This document shows, piece after piece, positions 1-11,264 of a DNA stretch of 64,000 nucleotides; the stretch's first letter is position 1; each line of letters opens with the position of its first letter. The notes beneath the pieces were generated by a model that was not told the DNA's origin, did not search any database, and saw nothing but the letters and a program-made list of their open reading frames with translations. The translations under genes were made by a program, and so were the position numbers. The stretch is from Octopus sinensis (taxonomy: Eukaryota). The DNA is taken from assembly GCF_006345805.1 (NCBI RefSeq), contig NC_042997.1:66402001-66466000 (forward strand), in the 5' to 3' direction.

Positions 1-3000
1 ATGATGCTTTTTACATACTATCAGCACAGGCAAAGAAGCCAGTCAGGGCACGGGTATGGGGGACTGGCATCAACTACGTTCGGATGATGCTTTTTACGTG
101 CCACTGGCACAGGGAGCCAGTCAGGTGGTACTGGTAATGACCCACGTATGAATGGTGCTTAATGCATGCCACCAGCAGGAGAGTCAGTTAGGTGACACTG
201 GCATTTCCAATTGATTATGATTTGATTTTTGATTTTGGTTTTGATTTTACTTGATGCAATAGGTCTCCTCATGCACAGCATGTCACCCGATGATTCAAAG
301 GTACTTTTTAAATGGGTTGGTTATGTGATACTGGTATAGGCTATGGCTGTGATTTCAGTTTACTTGCCAGATCTTCTCAACCACAGCATATCTCCAGAGG
401 TTCCGGTATTTTGTCATTGCCTCTGTGAGGCCCAATGTTCGAAGGTCAAGCTTCACGACCTCATCCCATGTCTTCCAGGGTCTCCCTCTTCCACAGGTTC
501 CTTCCACTTTCAGGGAGTGACACTTCTTCACACATCTCTCCTCATCCATACACAGCACATGACCATACCAGTGCAGTCATCTCTTTTGCACACCACATCT
601 GCTGCTTCTTATGTCCAATATTTCTCTCAGAGTGCTTACACTCTGTCGTGTGTGCACACTGACATTACAAATCCAGTGGATCATACTAGCTTCATTTCTT
701 TCAAGCCTACATATGTCTTCAGCAGTCACAGCCCATGTTTAACTGTCGTGTAGCATGGCAGTAGGGATAGGAGCTTTCTGAACTTTGCCCAGGCTATTCT
801 TATTCTAGTGGTAATGCTCTCCGAGCATCTACCCCCACTACAAACTTGGTCACCCAGGTAGCGGAAGCTATCAACTACTTCTGGTTTCTCCCCCAGCATG
901 TGATGGAATCTGTTTTCTGAGCATCTGCAGTGTTTATTGCCCCTGTGCATCTGCCGCACACAAAAGCTATCATCCCAGTTAATCTTCCTTTGATGTTGCT
1001 GCACCTCTTATGCGTCAATAGCTTACACTGGGTACATCTTATGGAGTTTCTACTTACACCTTTTCTACAGAGCCATCTACCTGAAGAGGTTTGTGATGTG
1101 TTCACATTCCTACTTACCAAGACTTTGGTTTTTGCAACATTGACTCTAAGGCCCTTCAATTCTAAACCTTGTTTCCACACCTGAAATTTCTTCTCTAATT
1201 CTGGTAGTGATTCCGCTATGAGAGCAAGTTATCAGCATAGAGGATCTCCCAGAGGCAACCTGTCTTGAATTCCTCTGTTATTGCCTGGAGAACTATGATG
1301 AATAAGAGGGGGGATGAGGGCTGATCCTTGGTGAACCCCTACTTCTACCTGGAATTCTTCACTATACTCATTGCCAACCCTTACCTTACTAATGGCATCC
1401 CTGTACAGCTCTTATTAACCACTCGTCAATCCCCAGTTTCTGCATCGCCAACCAGATAAGGGATCAGGGGACCCTGTCAAAGGCTTTCTCCAAGTCAACA
1501 AAAACCAAGTATAGGGGTTTATCTTTGGCTAGGTATTTCTCCTGCAGGAATATAGCATCAGTGGTGCTTCTACCCAGCACAAAACTGAACTGCATCTCAT
1601 CTAAGCAGACTCTCTCCCTAATTATTTGGGCTATGACCCTCTCTGTGACCTTCATTACCTTATCCAGCAGTTTGATACCCCTGTAGTTATTTCTATCCAA
1701 AACATCACCTTTACCTTTGTAGTAGTTGACTATGGTGCTGCTACGCCAGTCATTGGGTATGACTCCTTCGTGAACTACCTGGTTTACAATACAGGTGACT
1801 AGACCATAACCCACACCACCAGATATTTTAAGCATTTCATCGGTGATTCCTGATGGGCCAGGAGCTTTTCCTGACTTCATATCCCTAATAGCTTTATCTA
1901 CCAGTGTGCTATCTATTCGGGTAGCTGGGTCAACATTTGGCAGGCTCTCCTCTTCCCACTCATTCTCCACATTCAGCAGCCTTTCATAATGGCTTCTCCA
2001 AGCCTCTTTCTTTGCAGAATCATTAAAAGCAAGTGCACCATCATCCATGCAGACATATTTCTCTCCTGTAACATCACAATTTTTTCTCACACTGCCTTGC
2101 AATCTGAAATACTTCAGTTCTTTGGTCCTCATGTCACTGAACATTGGCAAACTTCTTTTCTGCCTCTCCCTTGGCTATGTATACCTGTCGTCCAGCTTCC
2201 CTTCTGGCTATCTGGTACAGTTCCCTGCTACCCCAACTCTTCCAGGTTTTCCAGGCTTGTTTCTTTGCTCTAATGGCCTTGTCTACTATATTATTCCACC
2301 ACCACAGAAGGGACTTTGCACCAGCCACAGATTTGGTCTGTGGCACTCAGTAAGCTGTTCTGTAGGAATTTCCAGTTACCCTCTGTGTCTGAAGTCTGTA
2401 GCTCTTCCTCTCATCAAATTTCTCAATGAGGATGTCCCTAAATCTCTGACCATGTGAAGGGTTCTTTAGCTTCTAAATCTTTCTTTTCTGGATTGGTCTG
2501 CTTCTTGGCATCCTTCTGGCCTCAAGTTTACAGTCACTAATAACTAGTCTATGCTGGGGCTTACATTCTTCACCAGGGAGGGTCTTTATATTTAAGAGCA
2601 CCCTTACATCCCACTATCTCGTGAGGATGAACTCAATCTGGCTAGTGGGATTGTGGAAGCACTCCGTTGGTTACGACGACGAGGGTTCCGGTTGATCCGA
2701 ATCAACGGAACAGCCTGCTCGTGAAATTAACGTGTAAGTGGCTGAGCACTCCACAGACACGTGTACCCTTAACGTAGTTCTCGGGGATATTCAGCGTGAC
2801 ACAGAGAGTGACAAGGCCGGCCCTTTGAAATACAGGTACAACAAAAACAGGAAGTAAGAGTGAGAGAAAGTTGTGGTCAAAGAGTACAGCAGGGATCACC
2901 ACCATCCCCTGCCGGAGCCTCGTGGAGCTTTAGGTGTTTTCGCTCAATAAACACTCACAACGCCCGGTCTGGTAATCGAAACCGCGATCCTATGACCGCG

Positions 3001-3800
3001 AGTCCACTGCCCTAACCACTGGGCCATTGCGCCTGGCTAGTAGAGTCACCTGATTGATAGGTTATCAGTTGGCTCTGTCGCTTCCTGAAGTTAGTGTTAC
3101 AGATTAATAGGTTGCATGCATCAAAGAACTCCAGTAGTTTAGTTCCCTCTTCATTTCAGAAATCAATTCCATGGCCCCTGTGAACACCATGGAAAATACC
3201 GGATTGCCGTCCGACATGCCCATTAAAATCTCCAGCCACATAGATAAGGTCATTGCCACTCGTTTTTTTTTTAGGTAGCCTGTAGAAGGTTATCATAATA
3301 GTGGTCCTTCTGATCATTTGGTAGGCCTGCTTGTGGGGCATAGACAGAGATAATTGTAGCTATACTATTCTGCAGGACTATCCTGAGCTTAAGCACTCTT
3401 TCACATACCCTGACTATCTCTATGGCCTTATCCACCCATTTCTCCACAAGGAGTATGCCTACACCCCCTACTCCATCACTGTTACCTTCCCAGAAGATTT
3501 TATACCTATGTGCCTTGCCTGTGAGGACCATAGCTGAAGCTCCTCTCCACCTTACCTCTTGTATGCAGTATGCATCAACACATCTCCATTCAAGCATCAC
3601 TACAATCTCACTAGACCTTCCTTTCAGTGTGCCTACATTGACAGTGCCAACTCTAAAAACTGGGAAAGGAATGTGGGAGGAGGCATGGGGAGATGAGATG
3701 TTATTCAGTGCCTGAAAAGAAGAAGGTTTTCGTGTTCATTTGATAGACATGCTACACCCATTCTCACTTTTGACCTGTCATCATTCAAACATTCAAGCAT
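1..3800 (-). mobile_element. Near-full-length decayed RTE-clade LINE (APE + RT), antisense to MLH1
   Basis: Minus-strand ORF pieces lie in order: APE (VGTVNVGTL, CIQEVRWRG, SVYAPQ, GDFNGHVG), RT (KAPGPSG, NYRGIKLL, VDLEKAFDRVP, YADN), zinc-knuckle-like insert and C-terminus (GRGRPWKTW). The 3' UTR minisatellite is at 1-200. Multiple frameshifts; the 5' boundary is approximate. Confidence 0.9.
2647..3034 (-). mobile_element. tRNA-derived SINE (head A + tail X) inserted into the LINE
   Basis: Minus-strand head AGGCGCAATGGCCCAGTGGTTAGGG...GGTTTCGATTACC has A/B boxes. Flanked by direct repeat (CT)GGCTAGT at 2638-2646 and 3033-3041. Confidence 0.88.
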
Positions 3801-4314
3801 GTTAAGATTGTTGCCCTTACCGGGGTAGGAGTAGGTGTTAGCGATGTTATAAGTATAAGCAGTATGGACATCATAAAATCGTAAATTTAAGCATTACTAG
3901 TGTTGCAGTTATAAGTAAATAAATAAATATAGATAAAGGAGAATATGAATATCAATATGCCAATGTTAGATTAAGAAGGCAGGCAGCTAAACTGGTTGCA
4001 TTTGTCCCAGGAGAGAGAGAGGGAGAGGAAGTTGCAGGTATGATAGAGGATACCACCAGTGTGGGAGGGGGTTTCTGGTAAGAGAAAAGAGGAACAAGCA
4101 TGCTCACACACACATACACAAGAACAAGCATGTTTATTTCCAGATTATTAGAACAAGAAGAGGAAGAGGCAATATATTTCCTTTGTTTACACTTGTCAAC
4201 TCTCTTCACAAGTATTTCTTCCTCTTTTTTTCTTCTAATCCACCTCTCCTTTTTTTTCTTCCTTTCTTCCTCCTCCTTCTCTTCCTCCTTCCCGTCTTCC
4301 ATCTCTTCTAATAA

Positions 4315-4764
4315 TCATAATCCTTTCTACTGTAGGCACAAGGCCTAAAATTTGGGAGGAGGGATTAAAGTCAATTAATCAACCCCAGTGCTCCACTGGC
4401 ACTTAATTTATCGACCCCCAAAGGATGAAAAGCAAAGTCAACCTCAGCAAAATTTGAACTCAGAATATAAAGACAGATGAAGCATTTTGCCCGGAGTGCT
4501 AACAATTGTGCCTGCTCACTGCATTTAATATTAATAATAATAATAATAATAATTTCTACTAAAGCCACAAGGCCTAAATCAGGAGGAGGGAGCTAGTTGA
4601 TCACATCAACCCCAGTGTTTCACTGATACTTATTACATCGACCCCCAAATGGATGAAAGGCAAAGTCAACCTCAGTGGAATTTGAACTCAGAATGTAGCG
4701 ACAGGCAAAATACCATTAAGCATTTTGTCCAGTGTGTTAATGATTCCGCCAGCTTGCTGCCTTA
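4315..4764 (-). mobile_element. Two tandem copies of SINE family C separated by (AAT)n
   Basis: Both contain the reverse complement of CTGAGTTCAAATT...GACTTTGCCTTTCATCC...GGGGTCGATAAAT...GGCCTTGTG. Confidence 0.85.
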
Positions 4765-5148
4765 GTAATAGTAGTAGTAATAATAAAATTGATAATGGTA
4801 ACAAAGAAAGAATTTTATGTGGAAGAGAGAGATATAAATATAGAGAGTGTACCGAAGAATATGAAATAGTGAATGAGGTCTATGGAAAGGTGAAGAAAAC
4901 AGAAACAAAATAATTGTAAATTAAATATTGAGAAACAGATATTTGTGTATCGTCATGTTTAATACATTTGAGTTTAATTGGGTGTTATAAGGGCTTTTAC
5001 TGCAGGAATAATTCTTGGAGAAAATTCTCCACCAGGACATGGGAAAGTGCATATTTTATTTTGGGCTATCATTGCATTGTGTTGGGTTTAACTCCAACTT
5101 ATATTAAATTGAATACCAGACATGAGCCAATGTGGGAGAGACTTTAAC

Positions 5149-5413
5149 TCTTTTGCATTCATATTACTTTATCAAATGTGATTCTATTTTATTCATCATG
5201 CATCACCTTGTAGCTTTGAGATGTTGATGATGTGATTGTTTAGTTTTCAGAATGACATTGTAAGGTATGTATGAGACTTGTTGGATTATCATTACTTAAA
5301 AAAGCAAGTTTTTGGGGGTTTTTTTCGAGCCATGTTGTTATGAATATCATTAATCCTTACACATTTTTTCTCTCTCTTGGGCCTGATATGGCCAGTTTAA
5401 AAGCTAAATGGTT
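5149..5413 (+). mobile_element. TTAA-flanked MITE family F, diverged copy with about 90 bp of extra internal sequence
   Basis: Body matches the other F copies; ends aatggttaa. Confidence 0.6.
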
Positions 5414-5813
5414 AAGAGGTTGTTTGACTGGCAGAAAAAATAGCAAACTCTCCCACAAATTCTTAAGATGATAATCTTTAAAAAAAAATAATAATCCAAC
5501 AAGGAAATCTCTTTATTGATTTTTGAGGTCTCAAATTAGGTCAACCCTACTACTTAAAAAAGCAATTTTTTTTTTCGAGCCATGTTGTTATGAATATACA
5601 ACTATATGTGTATGTATGTGTATACCAATCATTGTCACTACCTTCAATATTAAGTTATGATGTAACCTATGTGAAAGAAAAGTACCTGTATAGGTTGACA
5701 TCAATGTTGCCTCGAAAGCTGCCAGAAACTTAATGACAATAATACTGGACTGTCTTAGAGCTATTGTCTCTTGATAAGAAATCATGACTCATTACTTCTA
5801 TTTTCTCTTCCAG

Positions 5814-5904
5814 TATCGATGCTAAATCTACTAGTATTCAAGTAACAGTTAAACAAGGGGGCCTGAAGTTATTACAGATTCAAGATAATGGCACCGGTAT
5901 ACGT
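5814..5904 (+). CDS. MLH1: MLH1 exon (human exon 2 equivalent)
   Basis: ttccag|T ATC GAT GCT...ATA CGT|gtaagt; encodes [30 protein letters not shown]; 91 bp. Confidence 0.95.
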
Positions 5905-6085
5905 GTAAGTAATCCTTTAGAATGATACCTCTAACACTTCAGTAAATCAATTCTGCTTTTCCAATGTCCTTTAACACTTTGACCCTTTATTTCAGGTTTA
6001 TATGTTTGTTGATGTTTAACCCAATTTGGCCTTGATTGAGCTCTATGATAAAAAAACCATTCCAGTCTTGATTTACCTATCTTCT

Positions 6086-6295
6086 TTTCTACTCTAGGCA
6101 CAAGGCCCGAAATTTGGGTGGGTGGGGGCCAGTAAATTAGATCAACCCCAGTACACAACTGGTAATTAATTTATCGACCCTGAAAGGATGAAAGGCAAAG
6201 TCGACCTTGGTGGAATTTGAACTCAGAATGTAAAGACACACGAAATCTCACTAAGCTTTTCACCTGGTGTGCTAACGTTTCTGCTAGCTCACCAC
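6086..6295 (-). mobile_element. SINE family C copy
   Basis: Same core as 4315-4764. Confidence 0.85.
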
Positions 6296-6685
6296 CTCTT
6301 GATTTACCTATCTTATTTTCAGACATAGCATATCAAGAGCTACTATATTATGCAGTAGGCATGATTAATCAATATACTGTGAAAGTGGAAGATGCAGCAT
6401 CAGCCAACTATACATATCAGTAATCCCTACACATTTTTTTTTCTCTCTGTTTTTTTTACTTCTCAATCCTTTGTCGAAGAGTAGGCTCGAAACATCAAGA
6501 CTTTTTCATTCTTCCTGAGCATTACACTAATACACCTACTTGTTGTTCCTTCACCTCTCTTAATCTTTTGTTTTCTGCAAATTTGAACTATGTGTGTGCA
6601 TGTGCACGTGCGCATGTGGTTTTTAGAAAACATGTATCTGGAGAAGAAGCACACTCTATGAAGTAGAGTAGTCAATGATTTTTTA

Positions 6686-6929
6686 CTGGGGAAGACCAGT
6701 TTATGAAGTTACCCTGGGTTCCCCATCCATAAAGGATTTAACTTTATGGTGTATCATCAGACCCCAAGACCTGTTGGCCTAAGACCTCTTTAAGATGTAA
6801 TGAGGCTTTCCCCTCCATATTTTAAAGAGGTCTTAAGCCAACAGATCTTGGGGTCTGATGATACACCATAAAGTTAAACCCTTTATGGATGGGAAACCCA
6901 GGATAATCCCATAAACCAGCCTTCCCCTG
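6686..6929. mobile_element. Foldback MITE of Tc1/mariner type (TA-flanked, about 110-bp inverted arms)
   Basis: TA at 6684-85 and 6930-31. Arms such as CTTTATGGTGTATCATCAGACCCCAAGA and TCTTGGGGTCTGATGATACACCATAAAG are reverse complements. Confidence 0.8.
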
Positions 6930-6960
6930 TAATATATATATGTATATGTGTGTGTGTGTG

Positions 6961-8283
6961 CAGGGATTGTACAAAATAATGGAAACACCTAGTATTCTAG
7001 CATCATAATTTTGAAATATCTATAAAACCGTCAAAAGCTTGTTTATTTTTATACTTTTTGATTTATTATTAGTGTTGCTTGATATGTTTTGCTAAAATTG
7101 CTGTTTCTTTACAGATATCATCAGAAAAAGGTAATTAAAATTCATTAAAATGACAGATCTATCAGACTTTCAAAGATGTCAAATTGTTGGTGCTCATATG
7201 GCAGGTGCTAGCGTAATGAAAACAGTTGAAATGTTTGGTGTATCAAGAAGTACTGTCTCGAAAGTAATGACAGCCTTTGAGAAAGAGGGGAAAACCTCCT
7301 TATCAAAACAAAACTCCGGAAAAAGACCAAAACTTTCAGATTGGGGCCATCGGACTCTTATGTGAATTGTTAGAAAGGATCACAAAAGTACAGCTCCCAA
7401 AATTACTGCAGAGCTTAATGACCACCTCAAGAACCCAGTCTCCACAAAAACTGTTCACCTGGAGCTGCACAAAGCTGGATTTCACGGGAGGGCTGCAATC
7501 AGAAAACCGCTACTTTCAAAAACAAACATTGCAAAGCGTTTAGAGTGGAGTAAAAACCAACAGAATTGGCCCCTAGAGCAGTGGAAGGATGTTATTTTCT
7601 TGGATGAATTATCCTTTACCTTATTTCCAACCACCAGCTGCGTATACATGTGGAGACAGCCAAAAGAAGCATTTGACCCAGACTGCCTTCTTCTAACTGT
7701 TAAACATGGAGGAGGATATGTGATGATCTGGGGGACTATATCTTGGAAATCTGCCAGCCCAGTGGTTTCCCTTCATGACAGAATTAATAGTCAAAACTAT
7801 TCAAGCATTTTCCCTCTCTCTCTCTCTTTCGGAGAGGCACTGAGAAGCTATACGCACACATGCACGATCAAATTCATCCTATGGTTGCGGAACTGTTTCT
7901 GGAGGGATACACAATCTTTCAGGATGATAATGCACCAATTCACACAGCTAAAGTTGTTACTGAATGGCATGAAGAACATTCTAGTGAAGTTGAACATCCT
8001 ACCTTGCCACCACAGTCCCCAGATCTCAATATTATTGAACATTTATGGTGCATTTTAGAAAAACAAGTAAGGAGTCGATATCCTCCACTGTCATCACTAC
8101 AAGAACTGGAGACTGTTTTAGCTGAAGAATGGACAAAAATTCCTTTGGAAGCAATTCAAACTTTGTATGAGTCCATACCTCATAGAATTAAAGATGTAAT
8201 TACTGCCAAAGGTAGTTCTACCCCATAATAAAATAAATTTGTTTGAAATTTTAAGGTGTTTCCATTATTTTGTCCAACCCCTG
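6961..8283 (+). mobile_element. Tc1-like DNA transposon, full length but decayed, DD36E spacing
   Basis: 30-bp TIRs CAGGG(A/G)TTG(T/G)ACAAAATAATGGAAACACCT at 6961-6990 and 8254-8283, right TA intact. Transposase 7150-8228 has an HTH, FLDE, KHGGG, FQDDNAP and SPDLNIIEHLW, plus one stop and an insertion of about 50 bp. Confidence 0.93.
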
Positions 8284-9789
8284 TATATTCAATTACAAAT
8301 CAAGAGCAGCTCTAGTGTTGTAAACAGTATCGACTACCCATATTCAATGTATGTGTTTTGCTGGTTTGTCAGTTCACTGCGATTTAGTGCCTTGGAGGCA
8401 ACCCTGTCATAATGCTGGGTGTTTTAACACCTGAAAGTCATAGGTAGGCAAAACAACTCAACTCCAATCCCATTCAGGAGTGATGGATACCGATATTTTG
8501 CCATTTCTGTGGCTTATCAACATAACATACCTGAATTGAACACGGGCCAAACCGAATTGCCTGTCTATGACTAAATTACAATGCATACATAAGATTAAAT
8601 TCAATTATGTATAAAGAGCAGCACTATTGTTGTAAACATTATCAACTGCACATACTCAATGTATGTGTTTCGCTTGTTCGCCAGTTTGCTGCTGTGTTGT
8701 GCTTTGGGGATGACTCCTTCATAGCACTAGATGTTACAGGTGTGCTGAGAAGTTGCTGGCTTTGAGTAAAAGAAAATACAGGAGAATCAGTTAATTATGG
8801 TTTTATTCCCCTCCTGTATTTCCCTCTGAGATTCACACACTTATTGCAGTGGTCCTTCAGTTTTTCTAAGCTTTGTAAAAGAACTCAGAAGGTTTGAACT
8901 TTTCAGCACCCCCACCTATATAAATGGTGACTGTCAACCTGACAATAAATATGAGCATCACTGACAAATTTACTTATCCTAAACGTTTAAAGACAGTAGC
9001 AACTTGCACAACATTTCTATGACTCTCGTCTACAAAGCCAAGTAGTCCAGAACTTAAGAACAAAATCTCTAGCATTGCAATGAAACAGGTATTATTTTAG
9101 CATTTCCTTCTTCTAGAGAAATGTCTAATCAAAGACTATGGGTCTCTCACTCTCCAGCTGTTGAATGGTTGTTGATTCTACTGAGTTCATCAGTCAGGTT
9201 TTATTTTGTGTCCTGCAAGATGTCCAACACAAACTATCCTCCTTAGCAATTAACTTCGTAAGATTGCTGGTTGCCAATACCCTGACTGTGTGACTGGTTG
9301 TACTAAGTTACACGGTACTAGCAGCATTATAGTGACCTTATGTAAATATATATATTTTGTGTGTATGCATGTGTGTGTGTGTGTGCACATATTTATATAC
9401 ACACACATATATGGAACAAAACCTCCATAGACTGGAAACTCTTAAACAAGTATAACCCTTACTTCAATTAGAATCCCAATGAAGGACAATCATGAAGTGT
9501 GAATACCTGGCCTGATACATACAACAAAATCATCATAAACTAAGAAACCAAGAATTCCTTAAGTTTCAACCCTACATAAACTAGATTCTCAATGAAGGAC
9601 AACTTCAAAACCACAAGAACACAAGATATGAAAGGTTCACAGTCAACAACACACATAAATAAACAAGCACTTCAAACATATATATATGTATATCTATTCT
9701 TCAGCAGCCTATTGGATATCATTATGATTTTAATACCTGGGTAGTACCATTCAATCTGGTGGTGTCAACAGCAATTAAAAATATAAACA

Positions 9790-10170
9790 CCTTCTGTGTA
9801 GTACCTTATGCAAGTATCTTCTCCAATAGCCCCAGGCTGACCAATGCCTTGTGAGTGGACATGGTAGGCAAAATTGGAAAGAAGCTTGCTGTGTTTGTTT
9901 GTGTGTATGTGTGTGTGTGTGTGTGCGTGCGTGCTTGTATCTCCTTCTCTTGTCATTACGTGATAGTTTTAAATGAGTGTCACTGTCATATACAAGTAGC
10001 AGCATTCATTTCCAATATTCTGCAAGAACATGTCTGACCATGGGAAAAAATATTACCTTATTTGGAAACAGGTAAGGGTTGGTGACAGGAAGGTCATCTG
10101 GTTGAAGAAAACCAGTCTCAAATAAACTCTGTTTGACCCATGTAAGCATGGAAAAATGGACATTAAAGCA
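9790..10170 (+). mobile_element. SINE with family-D-type 5' part and RTE-LINE-type 3' tail
   Basis: CTTCTCCAATAGCCCCAGGCTGACCAATGCCTTGTGAGTGG, then a (TG)n linker, a body, and GGAAGG..ATC...GCATGGAAAAATGGACATTAAA. Confidence 0.65.
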
Positions 10171-10851
10171 ACAACAGTGGCAGTGAAGAAGAAGAGGAAA
10201 ATACTGCCTCAAAAAGTCCCATTCAACTCATGCCAGCATGTACATAAAAGCAGTGACAATAATGTGTGCCATAGACACAGCTACAATTATAAACACTTGC
10301 AAAATATATGTATTATTTACTGAGACTCAGTTATAAGATTCCACAATATTCCTCTATATGTGTGCTAACCATTGCAGATGTGGAAATCCACTACAAGCAC
10401 CAGCTGCTTTAGACATGAAATAAGTAATTATTTTCTAAAGCAAAGTCAATTAATCAAAATGAAATAGTTTTTTGGTTGTTACATTTATTGTTGCTTTTGT
10501 GTTTCTTCTATCATTCGTTAAATGCCAAAATAAGAAATTATTAGATTTTGTAAATTGAAAGATTTTGTTGTCTTTTCTCATAAATAAAAGGAAACAAATT
10601 TAGATTTTTCAAATTCCATTAATCCATTTCAAATGTAGAGATTAATTCATCATTGCAACAATTTTGTATTTCTTCTAAAACCTATGTTCATTTATTATTA
10701 ACCATCTTCTTGATCAAATATATTCAGTATACAGCTGTTATTGTTGTTGTTAGTTTTAGGTTAGCCCTACATTCACAAGTGGCCACCTCATCTCTCTTTT
10801 TTTTTTGTATCAGAGATTATATTTTATTTAAGATGGTAATGTGTGATTTAA

Positions 10852-11264
10852 CCCTCTGTCAAATGTAATGCTTGTTTATTCACTTTGTTTTGAATTAATT
10901 ATGCATTGTCACATAGGTGTAAACTTTTGATAATGTGGTTGTTTATTTTTAGAATGAATTTGTAAGGTAGGTGTGAGAAGACAGATCATAAAATAGGTAG
11001 AATGTTGAGCCTGGTATGGTCAATTTAACCCTTTAGTGTTTGCATTATTCTGCCAAAATTAATCCTTTTTTATCCACATTGTTTTGAACTAATTGTACAT
11101 TATCTTGTAGCGATGAGATTTTGATGAGGTAACTGTTAATTTTTAAAACGATATTGTAGGGTTGGTGTGAGAGACCAGATCTAGCCAGTTTGAACATAAA
11201 ACAAGCAGAATACTTTTGGCCGGATATGGCCGGTTTAAATGCTAAAGGGTTAAATGCTAAAGGG
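10852..11264 (+). mobile_element. MITE F containing a second MITE F (11029-11249) nested in its right end
   Basis: TTAA at 10848-51, 11025-28, 11250-53 and 11265-68; ends CCCT...AGGG. Confidence 0.8.

Noticed and set aside
343-2457. Plus-strand ORFs of 75-136 aa overlapping the LINE
   Set aside because: They are antisense shadows of the LINE coding sequence with no recognisable domains.
1-5813. MLH1 exon 1 (VVNRIAAGEVIQRP)
   Set aside because: I found no matching sequence; the region is LINE and SINE DNA, so exon 1 must lie upstream of the window.
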